Of a stretch of DNA of 38,543 nt, positions 13,136 to 24,379 are shown one piece after another. Both the position numbers and the translations under genes were made by a program. The notes under the pieces were generated by a model. The model saw nothing but the letters and a program-made list of their open reading frames with translations. It had not been told where the DNA came from and searched no databases. This DNA comes from Parasitella parasitica NRRL 2501 (taxonomy: Eukaryota; Fungi; Mucoromycota). Each line of letters opens with the position of its first letter. The stretch's first letter is position 1. The DNA lies in contig MU619278.1 of assembly GCA_025201805.1 (NCBI GenBank), positions 1-38,543 on the forward strand, in the 5' to 3' direction.

Positions 13136-14896
13136 ATGCAACAAGAACCAGTTTTTATAGAAAGAGATAGTAATACTAGCAGCAACTCTACGGATGACGA
13201 TAATTCATTGAAACCTGCATCGTATTCATCTAGCTATTCATCGCATTCAACAGATAATGACCCCGTCAAGTGTCACAACAAACTCAAGCGACAAGGCTCA
13301 AGAAGCTCCGTTGTGCCTGGAGACAGAAAGGAAGAAGAAGTAAAAGCAGGTAGGCTCAAGACATTCCAAGACAGAGACGACAATTTTGACTCCTATACCA
13401 AGTAGATTCTGGTACATGGCTACAGCACAAGAAGCATTTTTTCATATTGAGTAGTGCTGGAAAACCAGTTTGGACTAGGTAAACGATAAAAGGAAACGAA
13501 ATCGCCACAACTACTGAATATACTGATACATGAAAAATTCCAGATATGGAGACGAATCTCGATTGTCATCTCTTATGGGTGTTATTCAAGCTATTATATC
13601 GTTTTTCCAAGATGGTGATGACACTATAAAGTAAGCTTACGAGCAAAGCTGCAGACTATCAACGAGTTAATTCAAGGACATGTAGGTCCATCAATGCTGG
13701 GCATCATAAATTTGTGTTTCTGCTGAAAGAGCCTCTTTACTTTGTATCCGTCTCTAGAACTGGTGAATCTGATAGTCAGGTAAAGTTTTAAGTAAGGATG
13801 ATACTTCCTTTTTCTAATTTTTGTGGTGATTTAGCTTCGTGATCAACTGTTGTACTTGCATAATCAAATCATCAGCGTTTTAACAACTGTGCAATTAACC
13901 AAAATATTTGAGCAAAGGGTCAACTTTGACCTTCGAAGATTGCTGGGAGGCACTGAAGTCTTTTTGGACAGCTTGGCGACATTATTCAATAATGACCACA
14001 GCTTCATGTTGAGCGGATTGCAGTGCTTACGTTTGAGTAGATCAGTTAGAGATCAAGCTGGTGGGATTTTAACAGACGGGAAAGTCAAGAATTTGCTGTA
14101 TGCTATGGTTGTGGCAGATGGCAAACTGGTGACACTATTGCGGCCAAGAAAACACAGCTTACATCCCTCAGATCTTCATTTACTGTTCAACATGCTGACT
14201 GGATCTACAACATTCCACACAGCTGAATCTTGGACACCGCTTTGTTTACCGAAATTCAATTCTAAAGGCTTCTTGCATGCTTATATATGCTATATTGAAA
14301 AAGGCATATCTATTGTAGTCATAAGTACAGACAAGAACAATTTCTTTGAAATCAGCGAGTGGAAGACAAACATAGTAACAGCTATGCACAAAAATGCAAT
14401 ACTAGAAAATGTGAAAGAAGCATCCGAGAAATTGTACATGGTGGAAGAGATTCAAATACCCTCCCTACTTCACTTTATGTATAAATCTAAGATTCATGTT
14501 CAATTCACCACACCTGGATTTAGTGGGCCTTATACCAATGACATTAACAGAAGAAGACTATTTAGACTATACCAGCATGTGTATGATAGGATGCATCACA
14601 AGGCAAGACCGTTAAAGCTGTATTATGTAAATAGTGATAAAGAGATCTTGTTGGGATGGGTAAGTTGTATTTACAGATGTGGGGAGAGAGCTTTTACTGA
14701 TTGATTTTTTTTTCATTTTTACTTTTTTTTTTTAAAAAAAAAAAAAAAAAAATAGATTACTTCTTCATTTGAATTATATGTTGTATTTCCATCAAACACA
14801 CCAAAGCCATTAATAATATCAAGCTCTAATCAGCTGCTAAGATGGATAAAAAAGAACGAGGACAATCTTTTCATTCTAAATTCGCCCGTATTTTAA
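13136..14896 (+). CDS. MON1: Vacuolar fusion protein Mon1 (Mon1-Ccz1 Rab7 GEF), 6 exons
   Basis: KHFFILSSAGKPVWTRYGDE, LMGVIQAIISFF, NFDLRRLLGGTE, HSLHPSDLHLLFN, ESWTPLCLPKFNSKGFLHAY. Last exon ITSSFELY...[17 protein letters not shown] with TAA at 14894-14896. Confidence 0.93.
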
Positions 14897-15766
14897 AACT
14901 TTTCATCGCCTTCTTCCTTTTCTCTGAAATTCATAATTTCCAGTTTCCCCTTTCCTTTTGATTCCTTTTGTAATAAATCATCGATGACGCGGTATTTTCC
15001 AGGATCGACTAATGCGATTATTTCGATTTCACTAGAGCCAGAACCCTCATCTTCGATGGACGAGAGCGAAGGTATGATTTTCTCTTTCAGCTTTTTCATT
15101 TCGTTTGATTGCGGAAGAGTGATTCGGATCCTCATCTGAGCACGTTGAATGGGTAATAGCTGCTTTTCTTGAAGCAGCTTGATGACTTCTAATGCTTGAG
15201 ATTTGGTGCTGCGCTTCGGGTTGACGCTCAAATGCAAATCTTGCATGGCTTTTTCAATCATAGTGACAGTATATGGACGTTTTGTTTGAGGGTTGATACA
15301 ATTGTCAGCGGCAATATTAGCAATATCCCTCCAGATAGTCTCCAATTGATCAGTTCTTTCCTTTTCTGCTACTTGAAGTTCCCCCTTCTTTAGGATTTCT
15401 GAAATGACAGGATCAATCTCTTCGGTTTTAAAACACTTTTTCAAATCTTCCTTGCTTGCAGCCTGGCCTTTTGATACATTTATGAAGACATTGTGTATTT
15501 GCAATACTTCATCCAGATCGGTCTCACTTATTGCTATGATAGTCAGATAGTATGCCCATCAAAGCTCAATTGCTTTACTTACACGTTACTGCGCCATTCC
15601 ATTACTTTGTTCTTGTAGCAAGCCAACTCAAATCGTTTGCCGCCTTTACGAAGACGGACTATGGAGACATTGGTGAGCCTTGAAGAGAGAAATGGTTAGT
15701 ATAAATACTAGAATTTTAGCAATAAATGTATTACTTGATTTGAGAATTTGGCTTTTTGATAACCAT
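14893..15766 (-). CDS. SDO1: Ribosome maturation protein Sdo1/SBDS, 3 exons
   Basis: [11 protein letters not shown]|[29 protein letters not shown]...[19 protein letters not shown]...ILKKGELQV...KSQALEVIK, the classic SBDS sequence. Confidence 0.96.
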
Positions 15767-16617
15767 TTTGAATAGTCAATGTTGAAGCTAGTAGTGGAAA
15801 GAAAAACTTCCAAAAAAAAAATATTCACTTTCAGAGCTTTTCAACTACGATAATCATGTACCGCAGCATGTTGCATCCAGCAGAGATACCAGAGCAACGA
15901 GCGAATTAAGATAAAACGTGCATCTATTAAAACCGCAAGCTTTAAACTGTGATTTGCTCGAAGCCCATGCCCATTATATATCTGTTTGTAGAGCAGGATT
16001 GCAGCAAAAAGACATGCTCAAAATGTTAACATCAAGGTTACAGTGACTTGTTAAAAGAACATGCAATCCTACGCGAGTATCTTGTCTCCCAAATAAAGAG
16101 CTTTAGGGGAGCATCTCTTTGACTTTCTTCTTTTTCTTTTTTTTTTCTTTTTGCAATTGTAAAAGGTTCCTTTTTTTCCTTTTATTCACTACTTGCAAAG
16201 GAAAACAAAAAGAGGGTAAATATGATTGAACCTCTCCTAGAACAATTAAATACTCACCTTGTATAAAAAACATCTTTTTTTTTTAGTTGTTTGATAAAAA
16301 AAACCCCAAGTTAACTCGCCACATTTGAGAGTTTCTTCATCGCCATCACACCTGCTAAATTATGCGTATACCAAACACTATTATCAACGCCAACGCATTT
16401 CAATAACCTTATATCACATTGTATCATAAAAATCCAACACAAATTTTTTATTACATTTGAAAGTTCGAAATAGAGCATCTTTTTTTATATACGAACAAGA
16501 AACAAAAAAGAAAAGCTTAGACTGTACAAAAAAAGAAAAAAAATCTATATACAACAACTTTTTCTCATCTAATAATCCGCCATCGACGTCCAAAATCATC
16601 GGAATAAAATAAGGAAC

Positions 16618-18690
16618 ATGCCCTCAGGAAAGGTAATCCAACAGACAAGGGAAAATCTTTACTGTTCCAATGACTAATCCACGTAAAATGTAATAGAATC
16701 TCGATCAGATTTTAATGCCAACACTTTGTTTTGGTGATATTAGTCGAGATGAAATCAATGCTGTGCTCAGCATTGCAGGTATGTCCTTGGTCCCTCCTAC
16801 AAAGGTAAAGTTGCTATGAACAACATGTAGACACGTCATTGACTCTTTTTTTTTTGTTCTTATCTATAGACACCGTTCGCAACAGGTATTCAACGTAAGC
16901 AACCTGTAGCCATCAATACCCCTATAGCAATTGAACCCAAGAAACAACCCCCTCCTCTTTCAACACCGTCTGTAGAGCAAAAATCCATAAAGAAATCAAA
17001 TCTAATCCACGAAAACCCCGTAATTATCCAAGAGAAGAAAGAAACTCCTCAACAACAGCAACAACAGCAGCAGCTCCAACAGCAAAAGCCCTCGTCTGCC
17101 AAAAAAGAAACAAAGCAGCAAACACCTACAGCTAGGAATACTACGGCCGTTCCTGCTGTTAATGCTGGACAAGCTACAGTCACAGCAGCACCACCAGCAA
17201 CCACATCTCAAACAACGGTTGAACCACCTTCACCTCAGCCTAAAGTGAAGCCCCTAGGAAGCTGGGCTTCTTTATTAAAGAAACCAGATGCCGTCAAAAA
17301 ACCAGCTGCAGCAAACGCACCGGCAACCAATGGAGTGGCAGCAAATGGAAAGCCTTCTGCTTCAAAGCCTAAGCCTGCATCTCCTACGCCAACCTCTGTG
17401 CCTAAATTTACAGGCGTTGCAGACATTATCAGCAAGTATAAGCCAGCATACACTGCTCCTTTGCTTCAGCCTCGCGGGCTGATCAACAATGTGAATACAT
17501 GTTTTATGAATGTTGTAAGTGTTTAGACTCCAATATATAAGGGGGATGATGAAGCGAACGACTTGATTGACATTTGCCCTACTATTTAGATCCTTCAACC
17601 ACTTTCTCACTGCGCTCCGTTTTACAACCTCATCAAAACAATCAGTAATCAAGCTGCTCACAGTATCAAGAGCAAAACGCCTTTGTTAGACTCAATGTAA
17701 GTTTGTTTATTGTGGAGAGAGAGAAAGTAGCTAATGCGTGGGTTTTCTAGCATTGAATTCATCAATGAATTTCCCAGTGAACGTCTCGATAATCTGGAAA
17801 AATATGGAGAGCCATTTGTGCCAGAATATGTCTACAATGCATTGCGCGAACAAAAGAAATTCGACACTCTGCGAGGTCGACAAGAAGATTCTGAGGAGTT
17901 TCTATGCTTTCTATTGGACGGTTTGCATGAGGAAATGATCGCTGTTCTCAAAGAGCAACAAGATAAAAAGGATGCAGAAGCTGCCGCTGCCGCAAAAGCT
18001 GCTAGCGGTAGTGACGATTGGCTTGAAGTGGGCGCCAAGAATAAGACGAGCAACTTGCGCTCTGCAGGATTTCAGGAATCGCCCATCTCGAAAATCTTTG
18101 GAGGCAAAGTTAGGTCTGTTTTGAGATGTCCCGGAGCGAAAGACTCGATTAATTTGGAGCCCTATCAGTCCTTGCCGTTAGATATTCAGCCTGATAATGT
18201 ACATTCGATTGAAGATGCTATTGGCAACATGACATTACCCGAGATGATGCACGATTACACTTCGTCCAAAGGCATCAAGGTCGATGCAACCAAGCAGGTC
18301 TATTTGGAGGGGTTACCGCCCGTGTTGATCTTGCACATGAAGAGATTTGTATTTGATAATGTAGGAGGGGTCCAAAAACTGTCGAAAAAAGTCAACTACG
18401 GAGCTAAACTGATCATTGACCCGGAATGGATGGCACCAGCATCTCGCGCTGCAGAGCCTGTTGTGTATCAGCTGTTTGGTTGTGTCTATCATCATGGCAC
18501 ATCTGCTGGGGGAGGACACTACACTTGTGATATCCGAAGACGCAACGAAGAATGGCTTCATATAGATGATACTACTATCACTTCCGTCTCTGAGCAGGAT
18601 GTCTTGGTTACTGAGGACAATACCCGTACATCCGAAAAGATACATGCTGGTCAGACAGCGTATATATTGTTTTATGTCAGGTCATCGTAA
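16618..18690 (+). CDS. UBP3: Ubiquitin-specific protease Ubp3/USP10, 5 exons
   Basis: SWASLLK motif, Cys box PRGLINNVNTCFMNVILQ, GRQEDSEEFL, WLEVG, SPISKIFGG, His box VYHHGTSAGGGHYT, WLHIDD, AYILFY. The first two short exons (MPSGK|NLDQILMPTLCFGDISRDEIN...) were read from splice sites and are less certain. Confidence 0.9.
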
Positions 18691-18782
18691 TTGCTTGTCC
18701 TTTTTTTTCTCTATTATCACCTCTTTTTTTTTTTTTCAAATATATATAAACATAAATGTATATATATATTCGCATACTATCC

Positions 18783-18797
18783 NNNNNNNNNNNNNNN
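18783..18797. other. Assembly gap (15 N) next to a long A-run
   Basis: N characters in the sequence. Confidence 1.
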
Positions 18798-19049
18798 AAA
18801 AAAAAAAAAAAAAAAAAAACTAAAAAATAAAAAATATCTACTTTAAAATCTAAATTGTTTGTAGTTTACACAAGTTCAGGCACTACTGTTGCCATTCAAG
18901 TAGATCAAGTGGCTTGACATTGCTTCCAAATTGTGCCAAACACTAGTGACCGGAAATCTCTTTTCAAGCAAGTAATTCAACCCGATTACGATTTAGTTTT
19001 GGATTCTCTCTTTTACATTGCGAAAAAAAAAGTTTTTATATCGATCAAA

Positions 19050-19516
19050 ATGGGAGGAGTACACAATATCAATAAAAGTAACGTAGCTTAATATCGCTAC
19101 AACTAATCAAAAACCATCTAACAATTTTTTTCCTTAACCAGTCAAGGGACATTCTAAAGATCGCAAGGCCCGTATTGCAAAGAGCGCTGCCAAGGCCAAA
19201 AGACCCACCATTCCGTCAGTAACCACTAAGCGAGTCATCACAAAGAAAAAGCAAAAGCAATTTGAGAAAGCTTTACGAAATGTAAGACATAAATCAGGGT
19301 TATAGCGAGATGCAATGTGATTTTGACTAGTTGGATGTGTTGTAGGAAAAGAAGCTTTTGGTTGCAAAGGGTTTGATTGATTATGAGGAGGACATGAAAG
19401 ATGTTATTCTGCCTTCACCTGGCAGGCAAAGAGTGGTATCTGCATGCATTCCCTCTGACGAAATTTTGGCTGCTGCCGCTGCTGGACCTGGCACTACTCT
19501 TGGCGGCCCTCAATAG
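19050..19516 (+). CDS. ALB1: Alb1-like 60S biogenesis factor (Arx1 partner), 3 exons (not in ORF track)
   Basis: Spliced reading MGGVHNINKIKGHSKDRKARIAK...VTTKRVITKKKQKQFEKALRNEKKLL...AAAGPGTTLGGPQ*. The basic TT-x-x-x-x-KK segment and the C-terminal GTTLGGP match my recollection of yeast Alb1. Both introns are canonical GT-AG. Confidence 0.75.
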
Positions 19517-19633
19517 AACACCTCTTTGTAGTTAACACTGTAGATATCGTTTTTTTTTATTATTATTATCATTTTCCCTTTTTTTTTTTTTTTTGAAATA
19601 AACCAAATAGCTATCATAAAGATAAAAGACCCT

Positions 19634-20523
19634 CTATTGATCGTCGGTAGGCACATCCTTCAAAATTGCATCTACTTTGACTTTTAATGCTTCTTGTTGA
19701 GGTGCATCCAGACTGGCAATATAGCTCTTGCTGAGAACTCGTCGCATTGGAACCCAGTATCGTGCATAAACTTGTCAGATTGATACGGCAGAGCAAACAA
19801 TGCTTTGGCTCCCTCTGTACCGAAAACTAGATGCCATTTCATTTTGCGGAATTGAGGAACAGCCTCATCAAACTCTTTGTAACAGTTAAAAATATGTGAG
19901 TTGTAGCTACTCTGTCATGACTACCCAATGTATATATATATAATGCCTACTTTCTGAGCTCTACCCATTCACACCTGTCACCGCTCTCTAGATTCCATGC
20001 CAAGATGCCTATCAACCAAACTTCGATACGCGATGGCATTCAACAAGAGTTTTGATATCATCAAACCAATGGAAAGCTTAACCCACGACGACAGCTTGCT
20101 GTGACCCACTCTCCACAGGGATATTCCAAGATGTGCCCTCCAGACAAGTAACTTTAAGCATTACCTCCTTGTTTTCTGCGCAGGCTCAACCGCCGTAACA
20201 CTAAAACCTTTAGAGCTCTGGACATCAAACCAGTTCCACCAGCCAAATCAACGACTGAAGCCTTGGCAGGCAGGATTCCTTGAATCTTGTTCAGCAGAGC
20301 TTCGGGGTAGCTTGGTCTGGTTTGTGCTATATATCCGTATGTATTTTAAAATATAAACATGGGCATAATACAAGGAAAAAGCTATCATATATCGTTTACC
20401 GTAGGCATCTGTTTGTAAATTGAAGCCTTTGGAAGCCACGGCATGAACGTTTTTGCAGGCGGCTCCAGTGCTGCTGCTGCTGCTGTATTGGCGTACAGAT
20501 GAATCAATTGCTCGGGAGAACAC
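19634..20523 (-). pseudogene. Class I SAM-dependent methyltransferase (Methyltransf_11-like) pseudogene
   Basis: VHAVASKGFNLQTDAY|AQTRPSYP, VVDLAGGTGLM, then a frameshift to GFSVTAVEP and another to CLEGTSWNIP. VVVG*AFHWFD carries a Q->TAA change at 20078-20080. Later pieces are ILAWNLE, VPQFRKMKW and RVLSKSYIASL. Multiple independent lesions. Confidence 0.85.
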
Positions 20524-20888
20524 TTGATGAAACCAAATGATAATGCGGAGTCATGTCGGCTTCCTATCTTTGATACCTCACCATGGCGATATAATGCGTT
20601 GCCATGGATCTATGCTCGTTTTCCCTCCGGGAAAAAATTATATCTTTAGTGAAACAATCGGTTTTCTAGAGAGGTACACAATGAGACTAATGCAAGCAAC
20701 ATGTGGCCAATAGATTTGTTATTGACTCACAAGCCATACAAACTGCAGATCAAATAATCTTCTACCTGCATTCTTAGCCCCTTTCCTTTTCTGATGAATT
20801 CGACGCTGATATATGTAAATATAGCACTTTCTTTCTTTGGCTTTTTATTTTTATATCCTGCTGTATTTTTTGATATTTTTACTGTAAA

Positions 20889-22776
20889 ATGAGTGGTAAT
20901 GTCAGTGCCAGTAGAAAAGGTTCTATCATGTCAGCTACTGAGAATGTCACCAGCTATGAGTCGATAGAAAGGACGCCTACTTCATCCACACAAATGGAAA
21001 AATTCAAAATAGTGGAAACCAGACTGGTTCGAAAAATTGATCTGAGGTACTTTGAATCGTGTATAATTTTTACATGCGCTTAAACTCCATCTGGTTACGT
21101 CTAGATTGATCCCTTGGCTGTCTGTGCTATATTTATTGCTAAGTTTGGATAGAAATAATATTGGTAATGCTCGTCTGGGCTCGCTGGAAAAAGACTTGAA
21201 CATGGTGGGCAATGATTATTATACTGCCTTGACAATCTTTTTTGCTGGTAAGTTGATAAACCTTTTTACTTTGCACATACTGCAGATGTTGAAACTATCG
21301 CAGGTTACGTCCTCTTTCATATCCCTTCGAATCTGGTTGTTAAAAGGCTAAAGCCATCAAGATGGATTTCAGGCACCATGATTATGTGGGGTATCTGTTC
21401 TCTTTGGTAAGCATCAATGTCAGGGCAGAGGCGGGATGTATATAACTAACGAGTCATCGTGCTGCGTAGTCAAGCATTTACACATAATGCTGCAGGATTG
21501 ATTGCTTGCCGTTTCTTTTTGGGAGTGTTTGAGACGGGCGTTGGACCATCAACGCCTTTGTTCCTTTCTTTCTGGTATCAAAGAGAAGAGTTGGCTACAA
21601 GAGTCGCCATCTATTTTGGTTCATCGACAGTTGCGGGTGCTTTTGCAGGTGCAATTGCATATGGTGTTTTGGGCACGATGGAAGGAGCACATGGAGTCGC
21701 GGGCTGGAGGTATGCTAATATTTGTGATAGTAACACTCGAGACAGTTTGCTGATAGTCTTTCCAGATGGTTGTTCATTGTGGAAGCTATTCCTACCATTG
21801 TTCTTGGTTTTTTGAGCTTTATTGTGCTTCCTGACATGCCTGAAACTGCTGGCCGTTGGTTGACTGCAGAGGAAAAGGATGTAGCTATACAAAGAACAAG
21901 ACAAAGCGGAAATACAGATGGAAATGCCTTTGATAAGAAGCAGTTTTTTGCTGCTCTGGTTGATTACAAGGTCTGGTTTGCAGGTACAGAGTATATTTAG
22001 GGCAATACGTTGTCATTTCAAATCGATATACTTACAATCATGCCTACTCAATGTATTCAGTGGTGATTTATATTGGCTTAAATATCGCGCTTGCTAGTTT
22101 TGCTGTGTTTTTACCAACAATTATCCGTGATTTGGGTTTCAGCTCTTTGAACGCTCAACTGCTGTCTATTCCTCCTTATGTTGCAGCTGGTATCCTGGTA
22201 TTTGTGAGTATATCGATGCAAAGTATACATGTAAAGTGAATGGCAAAGCTGATTATTTTCTTTGCAATGTATGATATTTAGTTTGTCTCTTGGAATTCGG
22301 ACCGCACACTCCAACGTGGATATCACATCATGGCCGTATGTGGTCTGGGAGTTCTTGGTTACATATTTCTGCTGGCAAGTCTCAATGTAGGTTTGCGGTA
22401 CACCGGAGCTATATTGGTGGCATGTGGCATCTATCCCATTATTCCGCTTACACTCTCGTGGGTGTCAAATAACCAACTGGGCCACACGAAGCGAGGTGTA
22501 GCCATTGCCATGACTAGTATGATTGCTCAGTGCTTTAGTATGTTAGGAACACAGATCTACCGCACTGAAGACTCGCCCCGATACTTCAAGGGACATATCA
22601 TCTGTCTTGTTTTCCTGGGATTAGCAGGCCTCTCTGCACTCACTCTCAGGTCTTTACTCTCGCGAGAAAATAATAGAAGAGATAGAGAGTATGGTGTGCC
22701 TAATTCAAAAGACATGTCTAGCGTTGATATCGACGGCGTGTATGATAACCATCCTCAATTTAGATACGCCTTATAA
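20889..22776 (+). CDS. MFS transporter, anion:cation symporter family (Dal5/Tna1-like allantoate/nicotinate permease), multi-exon
   Basis: LVRKIDLRLIPWL, LDRNNIGNARL, CRFFLGVFETG, LSFWYQREELATR, GVAGWRWLFIVEA, LPDMPETAGRWLT, AQLLSIPPY, WVSNNQLGHTKR, DNHPQFRYAL*. Confidence 0.92.
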
Positions 22777-23288
22777 AAAGCTTCCCTTTTACTGCTGTAC
22801 TACTGTTTTGATTTGATCTCCATGTGTGTTTTATCTGTTAGTTTAGTTCTTTTCGTGCCATAGCATGTAATGCAACAATACATGAGCAAGTTGTCAAGAA
22901 ACTCTAACCCGAGGGGGGGGGGGTTCTTTGTCCTTGGCAAGAAAGAAAGGGCCCCCCCAAAAAAAAACGTTAACTTATCTTTACTGCTGGTAGATAATAC
23001 GATACAACATGTTGACAGGCCGTGTTACGTGGCTACTCAACTGAAACGCTACAATAATCGAAGCTATTCTCATTATAGCTGTAATTCCGTGTTTTGCGCC
23101 CAGAGCAAGGTGCAATGACTCCACATAAGCATCAGAAAGATGTAATAGTTGCACTCGTTTATTGATGTTAGTATATAATGCAGAATACTCAAGTTTGTAC
23201 ATTTGCATTGCATGTTGTATATATACCATTAGAGTAATATTGTGGAGTAAAATAAATATGTGTATATTATATGTCGAGAATGAAAGGA

Positions 23289-23679
23289 TTACTCATCGTC
23301 TTCAGCCGTCGGTGGAGGGTGTTTCTTCAATGCCTGATCCATCTTATCAGGATATTTGGAAGCCAATTGCTGTTTGATTCGTCGCAGCTTGACAAAAACA
23401 TCATTGAGATCGCCTTTTACTTCTTTCAGCAGCTTTGTGTGTAGTTCAAAGTGTTTGTGTATATTATGATAGCGTGCTTGACTGAATTTGTTGAACGCCT
23501 CTAATTTTTGCTGTATATCCTTGTATACAAGCAGACTTTCCATAGATTAATACATTATGCTGCCACATAGGAAGGTAAAAGAAAGAGTACCTTTCATCTT
23601 GACTTTTGATGATGGCTTGTATTTCCTGATCGCTTTTCAACTGTAGCAGCTGGCTTGCAAGGTGGTTCTGGATAGACAT
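23289..23679 (-). CDS. KXD1: KxDL-motif protein Kxd1 (BORC/BLOC-1-related subunit), 2 exons
   Basis: LEAFNKFSQARY...HTKLLKEVKGDLNDVFVKLRRIKQQLASKYP contains the KxDL signature in a short coiled-coil protein. Confidence 0.85.
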
Positions 23680-24379
23680 GGTAAAAAGAGATGTATAGTC
23701 ACTGCCCTGACGAGTAGAAGCAAAGGAAAGCTTATCTGTTTTAAGAAATATGAGGGGTACAGGGTGGCCAAATGTGCAAACAAATAGAAATTTAACCTAA
23801 AGAAACAGCTATTTGAATTTGTATATTACGCACGCACACACACACACATTTTCCACATTGCAAAATGATAGCCCAATTGAAACATCAACAGCTACAAAAA
23901 AAGAATCTTCCTTGTGTATCCCGTTTCATCAATCGTTTTTTTTTTCTCATCTAAAACATGCGGTTAATACCCTCTTTATTCGATTTTATTTTACGGAATG
24001 GAAGAATGTTGCGTTGATCGCATGGTTAAAAAATGTGATAGGACTGATGGCTTTTTTTGATGCAACAGACACGGTCTTTTGAATCCATCATACCTGGTTT
24101 ATGTATTCACCTGGTACTACATTAAATTGGCACAATTCGGAATCCACGCTTCCGCGACAATAAGTCTGCATGTCAAAAGAGAGGGAAAAACTTTTGGGGC
24201 AATTTAACAAAAAAAAAAAAACCTGCTCTGGAAAGGGCAGATTCATCGTGAAACTAATCATGTACATGAACGTTTAGTCGAGTTTCTTATGTATATAATG
24301 ACCCCTTTTTAGTTGTTGTTTTTTTTTCCTTTTTCTTTTCTTCTTCATTACTTTTATTTATTATTTATTTATAAACACA

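Noticed and set aside
23700-23740. CTGACGA...GAAA resembling a hammerhead ribozyme core
   Set aside because: The required stems, especially stem II, cannot be formed.
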